In this document: piece by piece, positions 9,533-18,379 of the stretch
How the letters are laid out: each line of letters opens with the position of its first letter
How positions within the stretch are numbered: position 1 is the first letter of the stretch
DNA from: a virus
Taxonomy: Duplodnaviria; Caudoviricetes
Direction: 5' to 3' (one strand)
Length of the DNA stretch: 64,000 nucleotides
Virus record (IMG/VR): IMGVR_UViG_3300028797_000148
Location: 1-64,000 of that record
The notes under the pieces: model-generated
Databases searched by the model: none
What the model saw: the letters and a program-made list of their open reading frames with translations, nothing else
What the model was told of the DNA's origin: nothing
Position numbers and translations under genes: made by a program

Positions 9533-9778
9533 ATGTCAAACATTCCCAATTGGAATCCCGAATCTGCCAACACGCAGCGGGCGCAAATCGCCAACTATCT
9601 TATGGCTGGCAACCACATTACACCACTTGAGGCTCTTAACAAGTTCGGTAGCCTCCGTCTTTCAGCCGTAATCTTTGACTTGAAAAAGCAGGGTTACAAA
9701 ATCAACTCGCAAAAGGTCAAGACCGAAAGCGGGAAATTCGTGGCTGAATATTGGATTGATGAGGCCGACCGTATTTAA
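9533..9778 (+). CDS. Winged helix-turn-helix protein
   Basis: ITPLEALNKFGSLRLSAVIFDLKKQGYKI motif typical of phage wHTH proteins. Confidence 0.75.
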   Translation: MSNIPNWNPESANTQRAQIANYLMAGNHITPLEALNKFGSLRLSAVIFDLKKQGYKINSQKVKTESGKFVAEYWIDEADRI

Positions 9779-9967
9779 GGCTTTCTAACGGCATTATCTG
9801 TGCAGGGCGGGTGAACTATCCGCTTTGCACATTTGATGCGCTTACAACGAAAGGAAACAACTTAAAATCATACACTATGGCTATTGATTTACATACCTTA
9901 TGGGAAATTGCAAAGATAACGGGCTGTTTCGTTATCTTGATATGGCTACTTAAACAACGTAAAAAAT

Positions 9968-10225
9968 TTGAGTAACATGGCAGCAAAGAAATATAATCCC
10001 GTGACGTGTTTCATGTATTATATAAACAACAGATTCACGCTTTCGGAGGCAATATCGCTGTTCGGCAAAGACCTTGGCACACACATCTACAATAAAAAGA
10101 TGGAGGTTTCGCAATGGTCTAACGACGTGACTATGACTTGGTATGCGGAGCTTGATACCGCCTGCAAGGATAAGTTAGTCCTTCGCGCCCAGCAGATTTA
10201 CAACAAGACAAAAGTAACGGTTTAA
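9968..10225 (+). CDS. Hypothetical protein
   Basis: 85-aa ORF. Confidence 0.55.
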   Translation: MSNMAAKKYNPVTCFMYYINNRFTLSEAISLFGKDLGTHIYNKKMEVSQWSNDVTMTWYAELDTACKDKLVLRAQQIYNKTKVTV

Positions 10226-10250
10226 AGTTTAACAATAAAAATTTGGAACT

Positions 10251-10454
10251 ATGGCAAAGAAAATGATTAAGTTTACGGATAAGAACACGGGTACTTCACT
10301 CGAGATTCTTGTCGGCAGCTTGGGGCAGCATGTTTACAAGCTGACTAAAAGTGTTAATGAAATGAACGATGCTATCCGCTGGTGCAACCACCATGAGGTC
10401 GGCGAAAAGTTCGACTGCGAGCAGTATTCCTTGGAAATCATTAGTGTTGGCTGA
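10251..10454 (+). CDS. Hypothetical protein
   Basis: 67-aa ORF. Confidence 0.55.
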   Translation: MAKKMIKFTDKNTGTSLEILVGSLGQHVYKLTKSVNEMNDAIRWCNHHEVGEKFDCEQYSLEIISVG

Positions 10455-10456
10455 AT

Positions 10457-10645
10457 ATGGCGCATGTACTTACGGATGCACAATTGGAGGCCATCTGTGA
10501 ACGGTCTCCCGATTGTGGTTGTAACTGCGCTCGCTGCGAAGCTTTCGCGGCAAACATGCGGTACAATAACGGCGACTATGAAAATGATTCCGACTCCGAT
10601 GATGATGAGGAAGATTGGGATGATGGCTACGGGACACAATGGTGA
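10457..10645 (+). CDS. Small Cys-rich protein with acidic tail
   Basis: CERSPDCGCNCARC followed by a D/E-rich C-terminus. Confidence 0.55.
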   Translation: MAHVLTDAQLEAICERSPDCGCNCARCEAFAANMRYNNGDYENDSDSDDDEEDWDDGYGTQW

Positions 10646-10746
10646 AAAGCTATGGCATTGGTTATCATCCTTATCGCCGCAATTTGGGGTATCGGCAGGA
10701 TATATCGGCAATGGTAAGTTAATATTGGTTAAATTTTGGCTTATTA

Positions 10747-10778
10747 TTTGGTATATTCAAATATTCATAGTACATTTG
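10747..10778 (+). promoter_or_regulatory. Bacteroidota sigma-A promoter
   Basis: TTTG (10747-50), 20-nt spacer, TACATTTG (10771-78). Confidence 0.75.
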
Positions 10779-10789
10779 CACCGTGAAAC

Positions 10790-11240
10790 AAGTGTTGCAG
10801 GCTTGCGTATCGGTAAGAATTGGGAAACTTTTATCACAAACCCCCTATATTCGGCAATACCCCTATCTTGTGCTGCAACCACTTGATAGGGGATTCCTTT
10901 TATGGGGGTTTTTCCTTTTTCACAAAACGGCATTTGAACGTCGCCAAGAAAGGATTTGCTGAAACGTGATAAAAGTAAGCAATATCGGTCACACCTCGAT
11001 GTCGTGGATAAAGCTACCAAGAGGGGAACGTACTAAGGTAGCAAGTGCGGGTACGCCTTATCGGTGTTACGCTGGCTTGTACGACCGAAAGCAAATCGGG
11101 AACAGCGTATATCAATGGTATTTGCAATCCTGCCATTGTGTGTGAAGCGAGGGGCTCTAAGGGGGTCGTCTATGATTCATCGCAAAGCACAAAACCAAAG
11201 GCTGATAAAACGGCTTTTAGGGAATATTGTGCTTTCTTAG
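10790..11240 (+). ncRNA. Candidate structured leader or non-coding RNA
   Basis: Several long complementary segments, no convincing ORF, starts just after a promoter. Confidence 0.35.
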
Positions 11241-11297
11241 GGATAAGAAGGGTTTCTATAATTTTTTTAGGCTGGAATATAATAATTTAATTAATAT

Positions 11298-11759
11298 ATG
11301 GACTACGATTTTATTGTTTATACAGACGGTGGCTATTCACAGAAAGCGAATGTAGGTGCTTTCGCCTACGTTATATGTGATGGCCGATGCAATGAGATAA
11401 AACGTGGCGCATGGCGGGCAGAACATGAAACAAACAACCGCATGGAACTAAAAGCCATTATTGCAGCCCTGCACCACATACCAGCAACAAACGTAAGCGT
11501 TCTTGTGCGTTCCGATTCGCAATACGCATTATACACGCTAAACAAGTCGTGGTCGCGCAAGACTAACACAGACCTTTTCCCTATTCACGACAAAATCGTT
11601 GCAGAAAAGAATCTTGATGTTACATACGAATGGGTGAAAGGTCACAGCGGCAACAAGTTCAATGAGATTTGCGACCAGCTATGCAGCGAGGCAGCAGGCG
11701 TGGACTTAAATGCCGAGTATGAGTTCTATAAGCATTTTAAAAAGAATAAAAAGCAATAA
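11298..11759 (+). CDS. rnhA: Ribonuclease HI (copy 1)
   Basis: YTDGG, NNRMELKA, SDSQY, WVKGHSG.NE.CD: all four D-E-D-D catalytic residues present. Confidence 0.92.
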   Translation: MDYDFIVYTDGGYSQKANVGAFAYVICDGRCNEIKRGAWRAEHETNNRMELKAIIAALHHIPATNVSVLVRSDSQYALYTLNKSWSRKTNTDLFPIHDKIVAEKNLDVTYEWVKGHSGNKFNEICDQLCSEAAGVDLNAEYEFYKHFKKNKKQ

Positions 11760-11761
11760 TC

Positions 11762-12130
11762 ATGAGGTACTTTAACTATGATATGGCAAAGCGGATGCAG
11801 GGGACACCCGAGAATGAAGCTTTGCAGAAATATTTCCCCGACAGCGACAAATGGGGTGCTTGCGTTTATTTTACCCGTGACAAGACGGTTGATTTTGTAG
11901 AGATAAACACATTGACAAACTCAAGCATCAACGGCGCAACTTGGACGCATTTCTGTAATATTCAAAATACGGGCGATGGTACATGGGAGGTAAATACGCA
12001 GTTCAACGGCAAATTGGAGGATGAAATGTGGATTTACGGATATTATAAGCATTTCAAGGGTGCTTGCCATTGTGCCGCCAGCGAATCTTTCAGAAACAAG
12101 ACACGTAAACCTATAAAAATATACATCTAA
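11762..12130 (+). CDS. Hypothetical protein between the RNase H genes
   Basis: 122-aa ORF. Confidence 0.65.
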   Translation: MRYFNYDMAKRMQGTPENEALQKYFPDSDKWGACVYFTRDKTVDFVEINTLTNSSINGATWTHFCNIQNTGDGTWEVNTQFNGKLEDEMWIYGYYKHFKGACHCAASESFRNKTRKPIKIYI

Positions 12131-12138
12131 CAAACATT

Positions 12139-12573
12139 ATGCACTATCTTCTTTATACCGACGGGGCATATTTCCCCGAACATGAGCGCAGTTCCATCGC
12201 ATACGTTATGATACAAGCAGTACCAAAAAGGGAGGTGCGCCGCCTGCATCAGACCGTAAAGGGCGAAACCAGCGGGCGGGCGGAGCTAAAGGCCATCATA
12301 AGTGCCGTGTATGCTTTGCCCGAAGATGCCGATAGCTGTACCGTCATAAGCGACTCGAAATATGCTCTTGATGCTTGCAGTAAACGCTGCATACGATACA
12401 AGAATACGGATTTGCTTAACCTCTATGATAACATCATTGAGTCGCGTGGCCTTTCGGTAACGTATTCTTGGGTAAAATCCCACAACGGGAACTTTTACAA
12501 TGAGCTTTGTGACTCTTTATGCCAGCAGGCAATAAACGAATACATTAACAACAAAAACAAAGAAAACGTATGA
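12139..12573 (+). CDS. rnhA: Ribonuclease HI (copy 2)
   Basis: YTDGA, RAELKA, SDSKY, WVKSHNG.NE.CD catalytic motifs. Confidence 0.9.
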   Translation: MHYLLYTDGAYFPEHERSSIAYVMIQAVPKREVRRLHQTVKGETSGRAELKAIISAVYALPEDADSCTVISDSKYALDACSKRCIRYKNTDLLNLYDNIIESRGLSVTYSWVKSHNGNFYNELCDSLCQQAINEYINNKNKENV

Positions 12574-12761
12574 TTAAGATTTCAAAAAACATTTGGAAAA
12601 AGGTATTGGCAGCATTAACCAACGATACCGTTTGGTCGGCTGTAGGTTTGTTCTGTGGAATCATTAACGGCTTCCGCCATTACTTTCACGAAGACCCGCT
12701 GCGTGGCATCTTTTGGATTGTAGTTGCTATCTTCTGTTTGGTGAACATGAAAGATAATTGA
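12570..12761 (+). CDS. Small membrane protein
   Basis: Two hydrophobic segments. Confidence 0.5.
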   Translation: MIKISKNIWKKVLAALTNDTVWSAVGLFCGIINGFRHYFHEDPLRGIFWIVVAIFCLVNMKDN

Positions 12762-12762
12762 T

Positions 12763-13113
12763 ATGGACGAAGTTTTTAACAATTATCTTTGCCACACTAA
12801 CGAATGGCATTGGGGTAAGACGGTTGATATTATCCATAAAAAAGGCATAGGCATAATCTGCGTCAAGCTGGAGGATGATTACCCCGTTACAGCATATATC
12901 TGCGACCTTTCCGTGTTTGTGCTTAAACGCAGGCAGGGCATTGGTACGGAGCTTATCAAGAACGCCTTGGCCGTAGCACGCAAGTATGGTAAAGCATTTG
13001 CCGAGCTCAACGTCGATAAAAGCAAGGACTGGCTTGTAGCTTGGTATTCATCTTTGGGATTTCAGATTACGTATATCGGAAAAGACGAGTACACAATGAC
13101 GAAAACTTTATGA
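12763..13113 (+). CDS. GNAT-family acetyltransferase
   Basis: Acetyl-CoA motif RRQGIGTELI and W.YSSLGF. Confidence 0.85.
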   Translation: MDEVFNNYLCHTNEWHWGKTVDIIHKKGIGIICVKLEDDYPVTAYICDLSVFVLKRRQGIGTELIKNALAVARKYGKAFAELNVDKSKDWLVAWYSSLGFQITYIGKDEYTMTKTL

Positions 13114-13372
13114 AACAGAATTTATTCTCTACAGATTTATCAACGATGTACGATAAAGGCTCTGAGGTTGTCGTATATTGTTATGAAAGCGAAAAAGCCG
13201 AAGCGGAAAAGGAAACAAGAAAAATGGGATATATACCTATTGATTTTGTTTTTATTGATAACGAGCATGGTATAAGTTATCTAATTCCTAAAGGACATTT
13301 CACTTGTGCTCCAAAAGTAAAAATACAATGGGCTGCAAGTCCTTACACAACAATTTTTGCAAGAATGATGCT

Positions 13373-13666
13373 ATGACAAAGGAAGAATTGATTTTTACGA
13401 TTGACTACAACGTGAAAAGTATGGAGTTCGCCTGCGCCGATGATAACTGCTTTAAGGCACATTTTGTCGACGAGAATGGTGAAACTTTCGATTTCATGGC
13501 ATCCCGCCAAAAGGTGCTGGAGCACGCCGAGCGTTTCAGCGCACACCCCGAACGGTATATATCCAACAAAGGGTTATGCGTCGCGCATTTTCACCGCATG
13601 GCTATCAATTGGTACAAGAAAACACACCTATCAAAATGGGCGCAGGAACTTGTAAACAATAATTAA
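13373..13666 (+). CDS. Hypothetical protein
   Basis: ORF track 13304..13666; start taken at MTKEEL. Confidence 0.5.
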   Translation: MTKEELIFTIDYNVKSMEFACADDNCFKAHFVDENGETFDFMASRQKVLEHAERFSAHPERYISNKGLCVAHFHRMAINWYKKTHLSKWAQELVNNN

Positions 13667-13710
13667 CTTAAATAAACGTAACAATACTTTTATATATGCC
13701 AAATTATTTG

Positions 13711-13718
13711 TATCTTTG
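13711..13718 (+). promoter_or_regulatory. Bacteroidota -7 promoter element
   Basis: TATCTTTG just upstream of ssb. Confidence 0.6.
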
Positions 13719-13735
13719 CATCAAATTTCACGAAA

Positions 13736-14143
13736 ATGGCAAAATTGGATAAAAACATAGTATTGCTTGAGGGCTTGATTGGCGATGATTTCAAGTTTGG
13801 CAGGACAAGTGATGCAAAGGAAATGGCAACATTCTCCCTTGCTATCAACTCCTACTTAAAAGAGCTGGCTGATGATACGGAGCGCACAAGGGCGCAAACC
13901 TACGTGCGCATATTCGTATATGACAAGAAACTGCTCGATTATCTTCGCCGTATTGATGTGCATCGTGGTATGCGTGCATCCATCCTTGGCCGTTTAAGCA
14001 GCCATAAATCCGAATACAAGGGCATTGAATACATTCAGCTGACCGTAATAGTTCGCGATATTGGCATTATTCAAACGAAATCATTCAAGAAACGTACAAC
14101 AAAACCAAATTCAACAGAAAATAATAATGAGCAAAAAGATTAA
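13736..14143 (+). CDS. ssb: Single-stranded DNA-binding protein
   Basis: OB-fold pattern (NIVLLEGLIGDD..., FSLAI, V.GRL); next to YqaJ/RecT. Confidence 0.75.
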   Translation: MAKLDKNIVLLEGLIGDDFKFGRTSDAKEMATFSLAINSYLKELADDTERTRAQTYVRIFVYDKKLLDYLRRIDVHRGMRASILGRLSSHKSEYKGIEYIQLTVIVRDIGIIQTKSFKKRTTKPNSTENNNEQKD

Positions 14144-14450
14144 GAAAATCTATCTTTCCGCACCTATCAGCGGCTACGACATTCCCGAACGCCAGCAGAC
14201 GTTTCAAGAAATGGAAACAAAGCTGTCTAAATTGGGCTATCAGATTCTAAACCCGATGAAAAACGGGCTTGATGTAAGCGCACCAACATCTCAGCACATG
14301 AAGCGTGATATTATCATGCTCTTGCAGGCAGACGCCATTTTCCTTATGCAGAATTGGAACAAATCGGCTGGCTGTATTACCGAGCTGCATGTGGCTACCG
14401 CCTGCGGCCTTGATGTGCTTTTCGAGGGTATTTCGGAAGTTCAACTCTAA
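14127..14450 (+). CDS. DUF4406 / nucleoside 2-deoxyribosyltransferase-like protein
   Basis: KIYLSAPISG...NP...DAIFL..NW.KSAGC..E motif. Confidence 0.8.
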   Translation: MSKKIKKIYLSAPISGYDIPERQQTFQEMETKLSKLGYQILNPMKNGLDVSAPTSQHMKRDIIMLLQADAIFLMQNWNKSAGCITELHVATACGLDVLFEGISEVQL

Positions 14451-14640
14451 AAAGACTATTATGATAGCAACAATCATTCTACTTGTATTACATGTGCTTG
14501 ATTTGGGTATCAACCTTGGAAAGCACGGTGAGCCGAAAAGCGGTAATTACAATTTTTGGGTATCGCTTATCTGTTCGGCAATCATTATCTATCTCTACTA
14601 TAAGGCAGGCTTATTCAACAACTTTAATATTTAACAAGAA

Positions 14641-15654
14641 ATGGAAGAAGTAAAAGATTACAAGCAAGACGTCGCCCAAAGCCGTGTAGGTTGTTTGGGT
14701 AGTTCCGATGGCAAGATGCTGGCGCAGATTTGTGCGCTTGGCTATGTACCCAAATCAGCCCACAAGCGTTTGGCAATATGCAAAGGCTTGATTCCGCAGG
14801 AGGAGATTCCCCGTACCGCAGCTATCAAGGCTGGTGACGAAATGGAAATGCTTATCTACAAGCACCTCGCCGCCAACGACCCGCGTTATCAATCTAATCC
14901 AAAATGGGTGTCCGAAAAGTATTCGTATGCCAACGTTAAGCTGATTTCGCACCCCGACCTTGTATTGAAGGATGATGCAAGAAAGATTCTGTTCATCTAC
15001 GAGGTTAAGACCACTAAGTACTCCATTGAGGAAACACGGCAAACCTACAAGGCACAGCTTTTCATTCATTATCTTCTTGGAAAGGAGATTACGGATAAGC
15101 TTGGCGATGGATGGCAGGTTAAGCTTAACTTGGTTCACTACAACACCGACGGATTAGACCTCGCAGAGGCATTGGCAAACGACGCGCTGGAGCTTGACCC
15201 GTCACGCCTTACCGTTAAAGAGGTTCGCTTTACATCTGCCGCATATTTCGACATTAAGAAATCCATGCAGCTTGTAAACGATTTCCTTTCTACGTTCGTC
15301 GAGTTCTACGAAGGCGATGAGGTGGATGCCAATCTGCTGCCAGCAGCCGTAAAGACTCAGTTTGAGGATATTGCGGTAGTGTTGCAGGAAATCAAAGACC
15401 GCGAAAACAAGGTCGATGAGTTCAAGAAACGCCTCTATGAGTTCATGGTGGAAAAGGACATCAAGTCCATCAAGAACGACATGTTTGCCATTACCCGTGT
15501 AGACCCAACGGAAAGCAAGTCTTTCGACGGTAAGAAATACATGGATGATATGGCAAAAGAGCATCCCCGCAAGGCAAAGAAAATCTTGGCTAAGTACACC
15601 AAGACTGTTAAGCGCAAGGGCTATGCCACCATCAAGGTTAAGGAAGAGAAATAA
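14641..15654 (+). CDS. YqaJ/lambda-exonuclease-like recombination nuclease
   Basis: GSSD, G..ME, SHPD...YEVKT PD-(D/E)xK motifs; upstream of RecT. Confidence 0.8.
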   Translation: MEEVKDYKQDVAQSRVGCLGSSDGKMLAQICALGYVPKSAHKRLAICKGLIPQEEIPRTAAIKAGDEMEMLIYKHLAANDPRYQSNPKWVSEKYSYANVKLISHPDLVLKDDARKILFIYEVKTTKYSIEETRQTYKAQLFIHYLLGKEITDKLGDGWQVKLNLVHYNTDGLDLAEALANDALELDPSRLTVKEVRFTSAAYFDIKKSMQLVNDFLSTFVEFYEGDEVDANLLPAAVKTQFEDIAVVLQEIKDRENKVDEFKKRLYEFMVEKDIKSIKNDMFAITRVDPTESKSFDGKKYMDDMAKEHPRKAKKILAKYTKTVKRKGYATIKVKEEK

Positions 15655-15691
15655 TCCGCATAATGTCTAACAATTAAAGAAAGTAATTATT

Positions 15692-16561
15692 ATGGCAGAA
15701 GAAAAGAAAGCTACGGGATTGAAATTGTTCAATCAGACAATCACCAACCCGTCAACACAAAAGTATCTCGCAGATGTTCTTGGCGAGCGCAAGGGTTCAT
15801 TCGTGAATAACCTTACTGCGCTTGTGGCAAACAACGCTATGTTGCAGGATTGCGAGCCTTACACGCTTATGTTCGCGGCTATGAAGGCTACGGCCTTGAA
15901 CTTGCCGCTTGACAACTCGCTGGGATTCGCATACGTTTTGCCTTACAAGGATAACAAGAAAGGCATTACGGTAGCGCAGTTCCAATTGGGCTACAAGGGC
16001 GTTAAGCAGCTGGCATTGCGCAGCGGTTCGTTTGCTACTATCCCCAATGCCACCGACGTCCGCGAGGGCGAGCTTATCAGCCGCAACCGCTTGACTGGTG
16101 AGTGCAAGTTCAACTTCATAGAGGATGCCGATGAGCGCGAATCCAAACCCGTTATAGGATTTGTTTCGTATTTCAAGCTCCTTAACGGCGCAGAATCCAC
16201 ATTCTACATGTCGCTCAAGGAGATGGAAAAGCACGCCCTGCGTTATTCACAGACCTACCGTTCAAAGGATAGCCGCATCAAGGCTGCATCAAAATGGACG
16301 ACGGACTTTAACGACATGGCCTGCAAGACGGTTGTTAAGCTGAATCTTTCAAAGAACGCCCCGTTATCCGTAGAGATGCAGGATGCCTTGAAAGCAGACC
16401 AAGCAATCATGTATGAGCGTGACAAGTACGAATACTTGGATAACGAGCAGGCGGAGGTCGATATGGCAAAGGCGCAGGCCGTAGCCGAAAAGTTCGCTGG
16501 TTTCGATAACGCCGAGGAGGTGACCGACCAAGGTGACGATAATGCTAACGGTAATAAATAA
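15692..16561 (+). CDS. recT: RecT-family single-strand annealing protein
   Basis: LPLDNSLGFAYVLPY, QFQLGYKG..QLA.RSG, W..DF..MA.KTV motifs. Confidence 0.92.
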   Translation: MAEEKKATGLKLFNQTITNPSTQKYLADVLGERKGSFVNNLTALVANNAMLQDCEPYTLMFAAMKATALNLPLDNSLGFAYVLPYKDNKKGITVAQFQLGYKGVKQLALRSGSFATIPNATDVREGELISRNRLTGECKFNFIEDADERESKPVIGFVSYFKLLNGAESTFYMSLKEMEKHALRYSQTYRSKDSRIKAASKWTTDFNDMACKTVVKLNLSKNAPLSVEMQDALKADQAIMYERDKYEYLDNEQAEVDMAKAQAVAEKFAGFDNAEEVTDQGDDNANGNK

Positions 16562-16784
16562 GTATTATGAGTCACGGATTAGAGATACTACATTCGCATA
16601 GTGGGCTTGAGCGGGACTTAAAGTTCCCCAAGCACACCGTGCTTATTGATGCAAAATTCGTGCATTTGTTCCACAAAGATACGGCTATTGCTTTCCGATA
16701 TGGCGGTATTGATTATTTCAAGGTTAATATCCTGCAATTCGTAAAGAACGGAGGCGTATTCAAAAATCTAAATTCATAGTAAAA

Positions 16785-17195
16785 ATGGAAAATAACGATT
16801 CTAAGCGTTTTCTGTTCGCGGACTGGAATAGTTGGCGGGCTTATATGGAAAAAGCCGTTGTAGGCTTTGCAAAGGGCTTTATTTCTATTATGTACGCAAT
16901 CTTTGGAGGTATCGCAACGCTCTTGTATAACGCTTTCATGGCTTTCAAGGCGATTGTGGTGAAATATCCCGTTCATTCGCTTGCTGCACTTTGCGTTATC
17001 CTTTCGGTTGTACTTATGTTCAATTACATTCGTTTCAGCGTGAAGGCGAAAACGGCAGAGGCACAGCGCGACAGCATCGGTTACGAGCTTTACAAGATAG
17101 AGCAGGCTCTTGGCGGTGATACTATTATCATCGGTGGTAAAACAAAGAAACAGAATTATCAGAAAACAAAACAGAAAGAAGAAGATGAAAACTGA
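16785..17195 (+). CDS. Membrane protein
   Basis: Two hydrophobic segments. Confidence 0.55.
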   Translation: MENNDSKRFLFADWNSWRAYMEKAVVGFAKGFISIMYAIFGGIATLLYNAFMAFKAIVVKYPVHSLAALCVILSVVLMFNYIRFSVKAKTAEAQRDSIGYELYKIEQALGGDTIIIGGKTKKQNYQKTKQKEEDEN

Positions 17196-17514
17196 CGATA
17201 GATTGGAGAATGTAGGCGGCATCAGAGGCCGTGCCTATGTGATGTTCGGTGGCAAGGTTGCACTTGGCACATTCAACGACGGTGAGCGTTTCGGCGGTAT
17301 TGCCTTTGCGGAGCTTCTTGACAAGAAAAACGTCGGTGACGATATTTCCAACAAGGAGCATTACGATGCGCAGGTCTATATCGAGGTGAAAAGCCTTGAG
17401 TCGTTGCAGGCGTTACGCGATGTGCTGGATATGTGCGAAAGCGCACTAAAAGACCAATTGGAAAAAGACCGCCTTGATGCAATAAATGGCGCAAAGGGCG
17501 AAACGCAAGTTTAG
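17185..17514 (+). CDS. Hypothetical protein
   Basis: Start taken at MKTDDRL. Confidence 0.55.
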   Translation: MKTDDRLENVGGIRGRAYVMFGGKVALGTFNDGERFGGIAFAELLDKKNVGDDISNKEHYDAQVYIEVKSLESLQALRDVLDMCESALKDQLEKDRLDAINGAKGETQV

Positions 17515-17534
17515 TAAATCAAAAGTTCACGAAA

Positions 17535-18359
17535 ATGGAAGCAAATATTAAAGAGTTAGTAAAAGACCCATCAGCATTGAAACTTTATCTGCTTGATAAG
17601 TTCGGCATGGTGGATGAGCCAAAGACCGTAGATTTCTGCAAGGAGGCTTACAAGTTTATCATGGATGGCGACATGCTACAAATAGTCGGCTTGGAGGCAA
17701 AAACGGGTATGCCCGTAGCAAAGCGCGTGTTTGGCATGAACATGGACGAAAAAGGAAACGTCCAAATGCACGGCGAAATACCTCCTTACATGAGCATCCA
17801 ACTGAAAGATGGCGTTTATTTTGTCTACGAGGATATTGACGGTAGCCGCCGTTGCGAACTTTTTGATGGTAAGAACGAAAAGGAGAATATCCAATACATT
17901 GCCTTTAAGTTCGGTGCTGTATCGCTGAAACTTTGGGGCGAGGACTTGGGAGAATTTCCGCTTACAACCAAAAAGGAGGCTGATGATGATTCGTGTTATA
18001 TCACGTCTTATGCAAAAGCAGCCTGCGATTTCAACGGTAAACGTTGGACTGAGTTGCTTGTGGAGCGTGGACTCTCGTTTGAACTTCCGAAAGACGACAA
18101 AAACGAATGGTACATTCCCGCTATTGGCGAGTTGTACGTGATGTATATATTTAAGAACTACATCAACGATGCCTTGAAGTACGCCAAGCGCAAGCCGTTA
18201 AAGGACGCTTGGTATTGGAGCAGTACGGAGACCTCTGCCGCGAGTGCTTGGGGTCTGGATTTCAACAATGGCGGCTTCTTCTACAACTACTACTACTGCC
18301 TCAAGACGGGTGAGAACTTAGTTCGCCCCGTGTCCGCATTTGACCCGTTATCGCTTTAA
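17535..18359 (+). CDS. C-type-lectin-fold (DUF1566-like) protein; remote DGR target
   Basis: DFNG..WT, WYIPAIGEL, YWSSTE...VRPVSAF motifs; 3' end matches TR except at TR adenines. Confidence 0.9.
   Translation: MEANIKELVKDPSALKLYLLDKFGMVDEPKTVDFCKEAYKFIMDGDMLQIVGLEAKTGMPVAKRVFGMNMDEKGNVQMHGEIPPYMSIQLKDGVYFVYEDIDGSRRCELFDGKNEKENIQYIAFKFGAVSLKLWGEDLGEFPLTTKKEADDDSCYITSYAKAACDFNGKRWTELLVERGLSFELPKDDKNEWYIPAIGELYVMYIFKNYINDALKYAKRKPLKDAWYWSSTETSAASAWGLDFNNGGFFYNYYYCLKTGENLVRPVSAFDPLSL
18224..18339 (+). repeat. DGR variable region VR2 (116 nt)
   Basis: Aligns to TR; 10 substitutions outside the AAC tract, all at TR adenines; 8 NNC codons replace (AAC)4. Confidence 0.92.
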
Positions 18360-18379
18360 CTCTTTATCCCTTTATCGAA

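Noticed and set aside
14127-14450. DUF4406-like gene as evidence of a Z-base or modified-base pathway
   Set aside because: No PurZ, dATPase or related genes were recognised in the window.
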